Shown here piece by piece: positions 24,828 through 37,100 of a stretch of DNA of 64,000 bases. The notes beneath the pieces were generated by a model. The model saw only the letters and a list, made by a program, of their open reading frames with translations, ran no database searches and was not told where the DNA came from. Numbering within the stretch: the first letter of the stretch is position 1; each line of letters opens with the position of its first letter. The DNA comes from Squalus acanthias (lineage: Eukaryota), in NCBI GenBank assembly GCA_030390025.1, contig CM059438.1, positions 66,838,001 to 66,902,000 of the forward strand, given 5' to 3'. The position numbers and the translations under genes are program-made.

Positions 24828-25592
24828 GGCCCAGAAATTTGCGTGTCCGGCTTGCCGCGGGGGTAAGGATCGCGCACGCTCTTACCCACCGTGCCTGCCA
24901 TTGTGTTTTGGGCCCACAGGAACTTCGGGTCCTGGGCCTCTCCCAACTGCCGGCGCGCAGTGCTTGCGTGTTCCAGGGGCGCAGTTAGTGCGATGCGACC
25001 CCTGGGATCACGTGGGCCATGGAGAGCCACTGGCAGCAGACCATCTTTCATTCATAGATTTGACAGGAGACCTGTCAAATCTGTGAATTGAAATCGGCCC
25101 CAAAAGAACAGCTAAACCTCAAATATTTTTTTTTTTAAAACCATCACATTTATAAAATAACTATAGTTAAATAAATTAACCACTTTAAACAAAAATTTAA
25201 ACTTTTGAAAAAATTAAAATACTTTTTAAAAGTTATAAAATAAACTTACCTTTCTTTAAAGTCTCTAAAAAAGATAAACCTGTTGAAAATTTTTTAAAAT
25301 TATACTTAATTAACTACTTACCTTGTTCAAAAGGGGTCTTACGCCTCCTTTTTACTAGCGTAGAATCTTCAATACTTATCCTCGCGTTGAAACCTGAAAA
25401 AAAATCTAAGTGTGCTGCGTGCGCGCAGCCTCTACCGCGCACGCGGTTCACCTAGGAACCGCCCCCTTCACCAGACCGGAAGTGCCGGTTTCCCGCGCAT
25501 GCGCAGTGCATGCAGAAAACTGGCACTTCGGGAACGAATACGGGTGATGTACGCACTGAGTACTCACCCGAGAACGGGCGAATTCTTGGGCC
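24828..25592 (-). mobile_element. PIF/Harbinger-type MITE, 765 bp
   Basis: TIR GGCCCAGAAATT / AATTCTTGGGCC, flanks AAT/ATT. Inverted homolog of 27377-28141. Confidence 0.85.
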
Positions 25593-25679
25593 ATTGTCTC
25601 CATCTGATACAGTGTATGGGACCAAATGAGAAGTAAATGCAGGATGTGATACTTGCAGGAGGGATAAACCCAATCGAGG

Positions 25680-26132
25680 AAGAAAGAAAGACTTGCATTT
25701 ATATAGCGCATTTCACGACCACCGGACGTCTCAAAGTGCTTTACAGCCAATGAAGTACTTTTTGGGGTGTAGCCACTGTTATAATGTGGGAAACGCGGCA
25801 GCCAATTTGTGCACAGCAAGCTCCCACAAACAGCAATGTGATAATGACCAGATAATCTGTTTTTTGTTATGTTGATTGAGGGATAACTATTGGCCAGGAC
25901 ACCGGCAATAACACCCCTGCTCTTCTTCAAAATAGTGCCATGGGATCTTTTACATCCACCTGAGAGAGCAGACGGGCCTCGGTTTAACGTCTCATCCGAA
26001 AGACGGCACCTCCGACAGTGCAGCACTCCCTCAGCACTGCACTGGAGTGTCAGCCTAGATTTATGTGCTCAAGTCGCTGGAGTGGGACTTGAACTCACAA
26101 CCTTCTGACTCAGAGGCGAGGGTGCTACCCAC
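25680..26132 (-). mobile_element. DeuSINE body (its 5' head lies at 40812-40843)
   Basis: Colinear with the intact copy at 48577-49045, but interrupted just after the A box. Confidence 0.9.
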
Positions 26133-27376
26133 TTTTTTAAAAATATATATTATTTATTGAACATTAAAAACATTTACAACATCATGATCATTCCATTCTA
26201 TCATACAAATCCATTCCACCGCTCTGCATAGCCATTCCTCCACCAAATATTAACATCAAAACCTGAAGTTTAATGTGTCCCCCGTAACATATATTAACGA
26301 TTGTACTTTAAAATTTGATCGTAAAATACTATTTTTTAAATTCCTTTCTGAATAAAACATCCACAGAGCCTTATAATGATCTTTTAGCTTATATTTAAAA
26401 TACTCTTAGATTTATTCTCCTCCCCTTAAAAAACAGAGCATTCCTTCTTTGCACAATCACGAATCTAGCCAAACTGAACATTAAATTAATTGCTGCTCCG
26501 CTAGACTCGGGCAGACTCTCCTGCAATACCCATCTCAAAATTGAGTACCACGGGATTCCCATTTTCGCTCTTCAGTCCCCACCCAGCAAAAAAACCTCAC
26601 ACAACTGTCGAACATAGTACTTAAAATCCTTTAATTGCGGACATAACACCAGTAAATGGGACAGAGTCTCATCCCGTGTCCCACACACTGGGCAAGTTGC
26701 CCCTCCACTCGCCCAATCTTACATAAGACCGTCATGGTAAAACTCCGGTTATGAGCCAATTTGAAATCCAGTTCAATCTACTCTGGATGTTTAAAATTCA
26801 CCCACATTCCCTTCCAAATCCTGTTGAAGTCCAGCTGTGGGTATATACTCTGCCAAAACTCCTGACCAGCAGGTGTCTTGAATCTCCATTCTCCAAATAT
26901 CCCATAGAAATCTCGAGTATTACAGTTGTAAATTGGACCAACTCTTCCCCTTTCTCCAGCAGAAAGCTTGGAAAAGCAGGACGCATTTTACTTCCTTTGG
27001 AGATTTGTGCATTTATTTCTTCTATCCAATCCTGTGGCATTGCCCTCACAATCTTCTCATACATGATCATAATTGCTTTTTCCTCTACCTCCTGATCCTC
27101 CTCCCACACCATATCCCTCACTATCTCTTCTGGCAACCAACCTGGAATTACCTCACATAATACATCTTTCACAAATATAATACCAGCTTTTATAAAAGCT
27201 TGATTAAATAATACCTCTCCTTCAATGTTGACCCACCTGTTCAAAAATAAAGGCTGTTCTAAAAATTCCTCAGCACCCTTGGGCATAAATTGCACACGTT
27301 TTAAAAGTTGGGCCCAAGTCTCTACAACCCCCTTATAAAACCTAGGGAGAGGTTTAATCGATTTCAAAAACATATT

Positions 27377-28141
27377 GGGCCAGAAATTCGGCTGTTGTCG
27401 GGTGAGTACGTGCTGTGTACTCACCCGTAAGGCCATCTGAAGTGCCGGTTTCCTGTATGCACTGTGCATGCGCGGGAAACCGGAACTTCCGTTCCCCTGA
27501 AGGGAGGGGTTCAGAAGTCCAACGCGTGCGCGGGAGAGGCTGCACGCACGCAGCGAACTTCAGGTTTTTTTTCAGGTTTCTCCAGGAAGGTAAGTATGAA
27601 GAAGCTGCACTTTTAAAAAGGAGGCGCAAGGCCTGTTTTTAACAAGGTAAGTGGTTAATTAATTACAATTTTAAAACATTTTCAACAGGTTTATCTTTTT
27701 TAGATACTTTAAAGAAAGGTAAGTTTATTTTTAGCACCATTAAAAAGTATAATTAATTTTTTCAAAAATTTACATTTTTGTTTAAAGTAGTTAATTTATT
27801 TAACTTATAGTTATTTTAAAAATGTGATGTATTTTTTAAAATGTATTTGAAGTTTAAGTGTGGTTTTGGGGCCGATCTCTATTCATAGATTTGACAGGTC
27901 TTCCTGTCAAATCTATGAATGAAAATGCCCTGCTAGGATTGGCTCTCCATGGCCCACGTGATCCCAGGGGACGCTTCGAACTAACTGCACCCCTGGGATA
28001 CACAAGCACTGCGCGTCGGCAGCTGCAGGAGGCCCAGGACCCGAAGTCCTCATGGGCCCAAAGCACAACTGCAGGCGTGGTAGGCAAGTACACGCGCGAT
28101 GCTTGCACCCGCAGGAAGCCTGAAAGCTGAATTTCTGGCCC
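27377..28141 (+). mobile_element. PIF/Harbinger-type MITE, 765 bp
   Basis: Perfect 13-bp TIR GGGCCAGAAATTC and perfect TSD ATT. Confidence 0.92.
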
Positions 28142-29186
28142 ATTATTGTATTTCATATACAATATCCCCTGCCCTCCTATCCAACTTTGTTTAAAAAAAA
28201 TGCTCAAAACTCCTCCAAAAACTTGTATTTGACTTCTGAAGAAATCTCTTCACCCATTTGATCCTAAAGGATTTTTTCTTCAAATCAGTATCTGGGAAAT
28301 TGAGTCGTCCCTGATTTCCCCGTCCAATGATGGTATTGTAAGCAACCAAGGCTGGTTTCCCTTCCCATAAAAACCTCACACAAGCCTCTCGGATGGGCTT
28401 TTCCGCCCACTCAGGAATATCCTCCACCATCAATAAGTACTATAGCTTAGATAGCAGGAGAGCGGACACCACTGCTGCTCTTCCTTGCACTTTCAACCAC
28501 CTTCTTTCCCATCTTCCCAAAATCATTTTAATTTTCATAACCTTCGGTTCCCAATTTAATCGATCCACTTCATCCCTGTCTTTTTTGCACCCCATATGCA
28601 CCCCCAGAGCTTCCAAAACCTCCACCACCTTAAAGGGACTTTCCTCCAACGTTTCCCCCCTACCACTTCCTGCAACCAGGCATTGGGACTGATTATAATT
28701 CACTCTGGCTCCTGAAGCTCTACAATACTCCTCCACTATGCCCATAGCTTTCCTCACTGACTCCCCGTTTCTCAATGTTAAGGTTGTGTCATCTGCATAT
28801 TGGTGTATCACCAACACCAGCCTGGAACTGGGAACCGCAATCCCAACTACACCTTGTTTCTTTCGCATCATGTAACCTAATGGTTCTGCTACCAATGTGT
28901 ACAACAATGGGGACAGGGGACAACCCTGTCTCACTGACCTCTGTATTGCAAAATACTTGGATAAAAAATCATTACATTTAACACAGCTAAATATGTTTGA
29001 ATAAAAAATCCTTATCCACTCAAAGAAATTTTCCCCGAAATCAAATTCTTCCAAAACCATCAATAAAAACTCATGAGAGACCCTATCAAAGGCTTTCTCT
29101 TGATCTATCTTTAATACATAAGCCTCCCTTCCACTCTCTTCCATGAGCTCTATCGCATCTCGGATTGAGACCACAGAGTCTGCAAT

Positions 29187-32100
29187 ACGGGAACGGTAGC
29201 ATAGCGGTAATGTCACTGGGCTAGTAATCCAGAATCGGCCTGGGCTAATAATCCAGACGTGAATTCAAATCCCACCATGGCAGCTGGGGAATTTAAATTC
29301 AGTTAATTAAATAAATCTGGAACAAAAAGCTAGTATTAGTAATAATAACCATGAAACTATCGGATTGTCGTAAAAACCCATCTGGTTCACTAATATCCTT
29401 TAGGGAAGGAAATCTGCCGACCTTACCTGGTCTGGCCTATAGTTAGTAGGCTCTTAACTGCCCTCTGAAATGGCCTAGCAAGCCACTCAGTTGTAACAAA
29501 CTGCTACAAAACACAATAATAAGAATGAAACTGGACGGACGACTCGGCACCGGCTACGGACACGGCAATGGCAACGGCACACCCAGCCCAGTCGATCCTG
29601 CAAAGTCCTCCTCACCCAACATCTGAGGACTTGTGCCAAAATTGGGAGAGCTGTCCCACAGACTAGTCAAGCAAAAGCCTGACATAGTCATACTCACAGA
29701 ATCATACCTTTCAACCAATGTCCCAAACTCCTCCATCACCATCCCTGGGTGGGGTGGCGGTACAGTGGTATACAGTCGGGAAGGAGTGGCCCTGGGAGTC
29801 CTCAACATTGACTCTGGATCTCATGGCTTCAGGTCAAGCATGGGCAAGGAAACCCCCTGCTGATTACCACCAACCGCCCTCCCTCAGCTGATGGATCAGT
29901 ACTCCTCCATGTTGAACACCACTTGGAAGAAGCACTGAGAGTAGGAAGGGCACAGAATGTACTCTGGGTGGGGGACTTTAATGTCCATCACCAAAAGTGG
30001 CTCGGTAGCTGGCTGAGTCCTGAAGGACATAACTGACAGTCTGGGCCTGCGACAGGTGGTGAGAGAACCAACACGAGGGAATAACCTACTTGACCTCATC
30101 CTCACCAATCTACCTGTCGCAGATGCATCTGTCCATGACAGTACTGGTCGCAGTGACCACCGCACAGTCATTGTGGGGATGAAGTCCCATCTTCACACTG
30201 AGGACACTCTCCATCGTGTTGTGTGGCACCACCACAGTGCTAAATGGGATAGATTCAGAACAAATCTAGCAGCGCAAAACTGGGCATCCATGAGGCACTG
30301 TGGGCCATCAGCAGCAGCAGAATTGTATTCCACCACAATCTGTAACCTCATGGCCCGGCATATCCCTCACTCTACCATTACCATCAAGCCAGGGGACCAA
30401 CTCTGGTTCAATAAGGAGTGTAGAAGAGCATGCCAGGAGCAGCACCAGGCGTAACGAAAAATGAGATGTGAAGCTGCAACACAGGACTTCATGCATGCTA
30501 AAAAGTGGAAGAAGCATGCTATAGACAGGGCTAAGCGATCCCACAATCATCAGATCAAAGCTCTGCAATCCTGCCACATCCAGTCGTGAATGGTGGTGGA
30601 CACTTAAACAACTAACGGGAGGAGGAGGCTCCATGAATATCCCCATCCTCAATGATGGTGGAGCCCAGCACACGAGTGCAAAAGACAAGGTTGAAGCGTT
30701 TGCAGCCAGAAGTGCCGAGTGGATGATCCATATCGGCCTCCTCCTGAGGTCCCCACCATCACAGAAGCTAGTCTTCAGCCAATTCGATTCACTCCACATG
30801 ATATCAAGAAACGGCTCAGCACACTGGATACAGCAAATGCTGTGGGCCCGGACAACATCCTGGCTATCGTGCTGAAGACTTGTGCTCCAGAACTAGCTGC
30901 AGCCTCTAGGAAAGCTGTTCCAGTACAGCTACAACACTGGCATCTATCTGACAATGTGGAAAACTGCCCAGGTATGTCCTGTCCACAAAAAGCAGGACAA
31001 ATCCAACCCGGCCAAATTACCGCCCCATCAGTCTACTCTCAATCATCAGCAAAGTGATGGAAGGTGCCATTGACAGTGCTATCAAGTGGCACTTACTCAC
31101 TAATAACCTGCTCACTGATGCCCAGTTTGGGTTCCATCAAGACCACTCAGCTCCCGACCTCATTACAGCCTTGGTCCAAATATGGACAAAGGAGCTGAAT
31201 TCCAAAGGTGAGGTGGGAAAGAATGCCCTTGACATCAAGGCAGCATTTGACCGAGTGTGGCAGCAAGAAGCCCTCATAAAACTGAAGTCAATGGGAATCG
31301 GAGTGGGGGGGAAAACGATCCACTGGCTGGAGTCATGCCTAGCACAAAGGAAGACGGTTGTGGTGGTTGAAGGTCAATCATCACAGGCCAAGGACATCGC
31401 TGCAGGAGTTCCTCAGGGCAGTGTCCTAGGCACAACTATCTTCAGCTGCTTCATCAATGACCTTCCCTCCAACAGAAGGTCAGAAATGGGGATGTTCACT
31501 GGTGACTGCACAGTGTTCAGTGCCATTCACAACTCCTCAGATAATGAAGTAGTCCATGCCCGCATGCAACAAGACCTGGACGACGTTCAGGCTTGGGCTG
31601 ATAAGTGGTAGGTAACCTTCACGCCACACAAGTGCCAGGCAATGACTATCACCAACAAGCGAGCATCAAACCAACGGCCCTTGACATTCAACGGCATTAC
31701 CATCGCCGAATCCCCCACATCAACATCCTGGGGTCACCATTGACCATAAACTTAACTGGACCAGCCATATAAATACAGTGGCAACAAGAGCAGGTTAGAG
31801 GCTAGGTATTCTACGGCGAGTGTCTCACCTCCTGACTCCCTAAAGCATTTCCTCCATCTACAAGGCACAAGTAAGGAGTGTGATGGAATACTCTCCACTT
31901 GCCTGGATGAGTGCAGCTCCAACAACACTCAAGAAGCTCGACACCATCCAGGACAAAGCAGCCCGCTTGATTGGCACCCCATCCACCACCTTAAACATTC
32001 ACACCCTTCACCATCGGCGTACTGTCTGCTGCAGTGTGTACCATCTACAAGATGCACTGCAGTAATTTGCCAAGGCTTCTTCGGCAGCACCTCCCAAACC

Positions 32101-32398
32101 TGCGACCTCTTCCACCTAGAAGGACAAGGGCAGCAGGCGCATGGAAACACCACCACCTCCAAGTTCCCCTCCAAGTCACACACCATCCTGACTTAGAAGT
32201 ATATCGCCGATCCTTCGTTGTCGCTGGGACAAAATCCTGGAACTCCCTCCCTAACAGCACTGTGGGTGTACCTACACCACACGGACTGCAGCAGTTCAAG
32301 AAGGCGGCTCACCACCACCTTCTCAAGGGCAATTCGGGATGGTCAATAAATGCTGGCTTTGCCAGCGACGCCCACATCCCATAAAATTTTTTTTTTTA
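29187..32398 (+). mobile_element. CR1-group LINE with tRNA-like 5' head and a single decayed EN-RT ORF
   Basis: A box TAGCATAGCGG at 29197 and B-box-like GAATTCAAATCCC at 29261. EN (PDIVILTES, GDFN, LDLILTN, SDH) and RT ([19 protein letters not shown]). Splits the Tx1 ORF2 at GRDI/ADS. Confidence 0.9.
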
Positions 32399-33901
32399 AA
32401 TGTCCCGGCCTATGACTTCATAGGACTGAGAGGGCAAATCTATCTGCGGCATCACCTCCTTCATACGATTTGCCATAACCATCGCCAAGATCTTATAATC
32501 CACATTTGATAATGTAATGGGCCTCCAATTCTTTAGATCCCTTCTATCCCCTTTACTTTTATAAGCTAAAATTATGACACCTCTCCTCATAGATGGGGCC
32601 TGGCTTCCCTCAATTATAATCTCCTTAAAAATCTCTAAGAGCAATGGACTTAAAATCTCGAAAAATTCTTTATAAAATTCTGCACTTAGTCCATCGGACC
32701 CTGGGCTTTTCCCTCACTTCATGCCACTTATTGCTACTTTGATTTCCGCTAATCCTACTTCTTTGTCACACATGCTTCTCTCATCCTCCTTTAAACTCTT
32801 TTCAATAAAAGCACTAACCTTCTCCATTGCCAATTTGGAAATGTCTTCTTTTGTATATAACTCTTGATAAAAGCTGCTAGCCACCTCCAAAATCTCCTCA
32901 CTTTCATTAATGATCTTCTCCCAAACATTCAACATCTCCAATTAATGATAATCTCTGTCGCAGCTTCTCTTTCTCTAGAAAATTTCTAGTGCATCTTTCG
33001 CCCTCCAATGCATCTTTAGCCTTTGCACGGAGAATGGTCCCCTTGCATTTTTCAGCTTGCAATAATTCCCACTCTTCCTTTAAAACCACCCACTTAGTCT
33101 CAGCTCCCTTATCCCCTCTGTCAACTGCTTTACAGACATCTGTAAACCTTTTGTTTATATTCTCTTCTCGGTTAGCTGCTGCTCTCTCTTTCCCATAACG
33201 TACCGAAAAAACTTTTACCTCATATTTGAAATTGTCCCATCAAACTCTTCTTTCTTTCAAGAACAAAGGTTCCTTCTGAGCATTCTTTATTATATTTAAA
33301 ATCCCTTCTTTATAAGCAATTTCTTTCAGGTATTGATTGTTTAAAATCCACACCCCTGGACCGAGCTTAACTCTGCTGTTCCTAATTCTAAGAACCAAAG
33401 CTGAGTAGTCACTAAAAAATACGTTTTTGTAGTAAATCTCCATCACCTCAGAACTTAAACCTTCCCACATTAACACAAAATCTATTCGGCTCTGTTTTGA
33501 AACATCACCCACCCAACCTGTTCTGGAGAATTTCCTTTTTATGAGGTTCCGGTCCCTCCATAAGTCTCTCAAATTTAAATTTGCCATCATTTTTACAATC
33601 ATCCCTCTGGAGTTATCATCCTTAAAGGACATCTGGGCTGAAATGTCCATCAGAGATAAAAATACATTAAAATCCCCCACTATACAAGGGTTTTCCACCT
33701 CTGCCACTTCAGTGAATAACCACCGAAAAAACTCGCGATGCTTGCAGTGGTCGTTCGGTGCATAGATATTAAAGAGATCGCAATTAAATTCCTCCATTTT
33801 TACCTTTGGCCGTAAAAATCTCCCCTCAGTGTCCTTGTCCACCAAGGCAATGTTCTCTTTTATGGACGGACTCACCAAAACAACCACCTCTCTACGGTTA
33901 T

Positions 33902-34095
33902 TGTCGTAAGAATGAGCCTTACGCGTGGTGAACTTAAAGTAAGCTTTAATCAACTAAAAAGGTGCTACATACAAAAGAGGTCTTACTCTATGCCTCTCCA
34001 GGATCCAACTGATCAGTCCCGTATTTATCCTGGACTAATCACAGGAAGTGATGCAATAAAGTTCGAGTCACAGGAAGCTGTATTGTGTTACCACA
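33902..34095 (-). repeat. 3' LTR
   Basis: Direct repeat of 38149-38342. Confidence 0.97.
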
Positions 34096-34107
34096 TTCTC
34101 CCCCCCC
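34096..34107 (-). other. polypurine tract
   Basis: G8-AGAA on the minus strand, directly abutting the 3' LTR. Confidence 0.9.
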
Positions 34108-34113
34108 AAAAGA

Positions 34114-37100
34114 TTAGGAGGCCGGGATGCTCCCTCCATTTCGTAGCCGCCGGACGAGGGAGAGCCGCACCCGTTTGGGTTCTCGTAGCAGTAGAGGGCC
34201 CCTAGCCCGTTTACCCGCCGCGGGCCGTGGACCAGAGTCCGAGTGATCCAGCCCGCTCTGTGAGGGGTCAGGACGATCCTGACTGTGTACTGGTGCCCGA
34301 ACGGGTGTCGGGCAGGGCTGTGGCAGATCCGTTTCCGAGCGTATGGTACGGGGTGGATCGTGGCTGCGCGTGCGAGCCCCGACGGGCTCATAGTCAGTCT
34401 GCCCCAGGTCGGCACGCTGGAGTGAGGTACCAGCCGGCGTCAGATCCAGATCGTGATGAGAGGCACCTGGCGAGCCCAGAGATGTGCCTGGTACAATATC
34501 ATCCCCTGGTGTCCCTCTATGTTTCGGCGGGCAGGGAGCCAGATCCCGCAATGACACAGTAGATTCCCGACCGTCAGGACACCGAATATAGGCGTAGGTA
34601 GGGTTGACGTCAGTGAGCTCAACCTCATCTACCAGGGGGTCATTCTTAGACGCCCGGACATATCTTCGGAGTAGCACTGGTCCCGGTGCAGTCAGCCACG
34701 ACGGGAGAGATATCCCATAGGATGAGCGACGCTGAAATCGGAAGAACCGTTCATGAGGCGTCGTATTTGTGGCGGTCGAAAGGAGGGACCGTGTGGAGTG
34801 TAATGCGTCTGGAAGTACTGCTTCCCATTGCTGGTTGGGTAGGCCCCGAGATCTCAAAGCCAGACGTACCGCATTCCAGATGATAGCGTTAAAACGCTCG
34901 ACTTGCCCATTCCCGACCAGATGATAAGGCGTCGTTCTGCTGGCAGCAATACCCCGTTCCGAGAGATAGGCCTTGAGTTCTCCTGACATAAAAGAAGGGC
35001 CCCGATCCGAATGAACATAGGATGCCATGCCACAGAAAGCAAATACCTGCTCAAGGCAGCTGATAACCGTGGTCGTCAGCATATTGGGGCAGGGAAAGGC
35101 AAACGGAAAACGGGAATACTCATCGACCATGGTCAATAGATAAGTGTTGCGAGTTGAAGAGGGCAACGGCCCCTTAAAATCGATGCTAAGCCGTTGCATT
35201 GGCTGGGTCGCATGTATGAGTATACCACCCGAGGGGCAGAAAAACTGAGGTTTCAATTCCGCACAGACTCTGCAGTCCGAGCACATCTTCTTTACATCCC
35301 CGGTAGAGAATGGGAGATTTCGGGACCGCACGAAGTGTAGCATGCGAGTAACGCCCGGATGACACAACCCATCATGGATGTCTACGAGCGTAGAGGGTGC
35401 CATGGCGGAGCAGAATGCTCGTGTGAGGGTATCTGGAGCCACATTCTCCTTGCCAGGTCGATAGTGGATGGTGTAACCAAAAGAGGCCAATTCCAGCCGC
35501 CAAAGCTGGATTTTATTATTTTTAATTTTGGTCCGTTTTCGATTATCGAGCATGAAGGCGACCGATCGCTGGTCCGCGATTAAGGTAAAGTGCTGGCGAG
35601 CTAGGAGATGAGTCCACTTCCGTACTGCCTCTATGATGGCTGTAGCTTCTTTCTCGACTGGAGGATAATGTAGCTCAGCCCCTTGAAAAGTCCTGGACAA
35701 AAATGCCACCGGACGACCTTCCTGATTCAGAGTGGCCGAGATCGCCACCTCCGAGGCATCACACTCAACAACAAAAGGAAGACTCTCATCGATGGAGTGA
35801 AGAGCCGCTTTCTCCAACTGTTTTTTCAGGAGGTTAAAGGCTGCAACAGCCGCTGTGTCTAGTGGGAATGTGCTGGCCTTCAGTAGAGGTTGGATTCGGT
35901 CCGAGAAGTTAGGAATCCATTTAGCATAGTATGCAAACAGGCCGAGGGCCCGGCGCAAGGAGGCCGGATTCTTAGGTGGCGGGAGTTCTTGGAGTGGGCG
36001 AAGCCTTTCAGGGTCAGGTTTAATGATGCCATTGCCCACACAATAGCCAAGGATGTTGATGGTTGGTTGTGACTCAATGGATTTAGCCGCATTCAATGTC
36101 AAATTACGGTGCTGGAGTGCATCCCAAAATCGTTGGAGATTGGCGTCATGTTCCCGCTGATTGCGACCTGCGACAGTAATATTGTCCAGATAAGGAAACG
36201 TATCCTTCAAGTCTTCCTGTTTGACTAGGTCATCCATTGCTCGCTGGAAGACAGCCACTCCATTAGTGACCCCAAAGGGGAGGCGACGAAATTGATACAG
36301 CCGTCCATTGGCTTCAAAGGCCGTATACTGCTTGTCTGAGACCTTCAAGGGTACCTGATGATAGGCACTTTTCAGATCATATGTTGAGAACACCATGTAC
36401 TCAGCCAGTTTATTAACCATATCATCGATGCGCGGCAATGGGTATGCGTCCAAGTCCGTATATTGATTGATGGTCTGTGAATAGTCAATGCACAGCCGTT
36501 TCTTGTGAGGTTGTAGAGGGTTCTTAACAATAACGACCTGGGCGCGCCATGGCGACGAACAAGGCTCGATGATATCCTCTGCTAAAAGCCGAGAAATCTC
36601 AGCCGCAATAAAAGACTGGTCTTCCTGACTGAAACGTCGTGACTTTGTTATAATCGGTTTGCATCGAGGAGGGATACTGGTAAACAGTGAGGGTTCATCC
36701 AGTGAAGCTGCTGACAATGCACAGAACGGTAATCGAGGTCGTATATTAGAAATAGTGAGTTCAGGTTTGGATCCGCCGAACTCAATGGTGAGCTTCTTAT
36801 GCTGCTTTTGAAAATCCAGTCCTAAGATAAGATCACTACATAAGTCCTTGAGCACCGAAAGCCGGGTGGAGGGATACCTGTGACCATTAAGTGTTATTTC
36901 AACCATACAAAAGCCAGAAATTCTGGTATTAAGTGATGACTGAGCCATCGCAATTGCCTGGTCCGATGGGAAAACATGTAGCTTTAACTCTGCAACAATC
37001 TGTTCCCTAATGAAACTATCAGTGCTACCTGAGTCAATTAAGGCATCTAAAGTATGTCCATTAATTGATGCTTTTGTAGCTGCATGGAATAGGTTCTGAG

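Noticed and set aside
25448..26026. 192-aa ORF
   Set aside because: Chance read-through of DeuSINE and MITE sequence.
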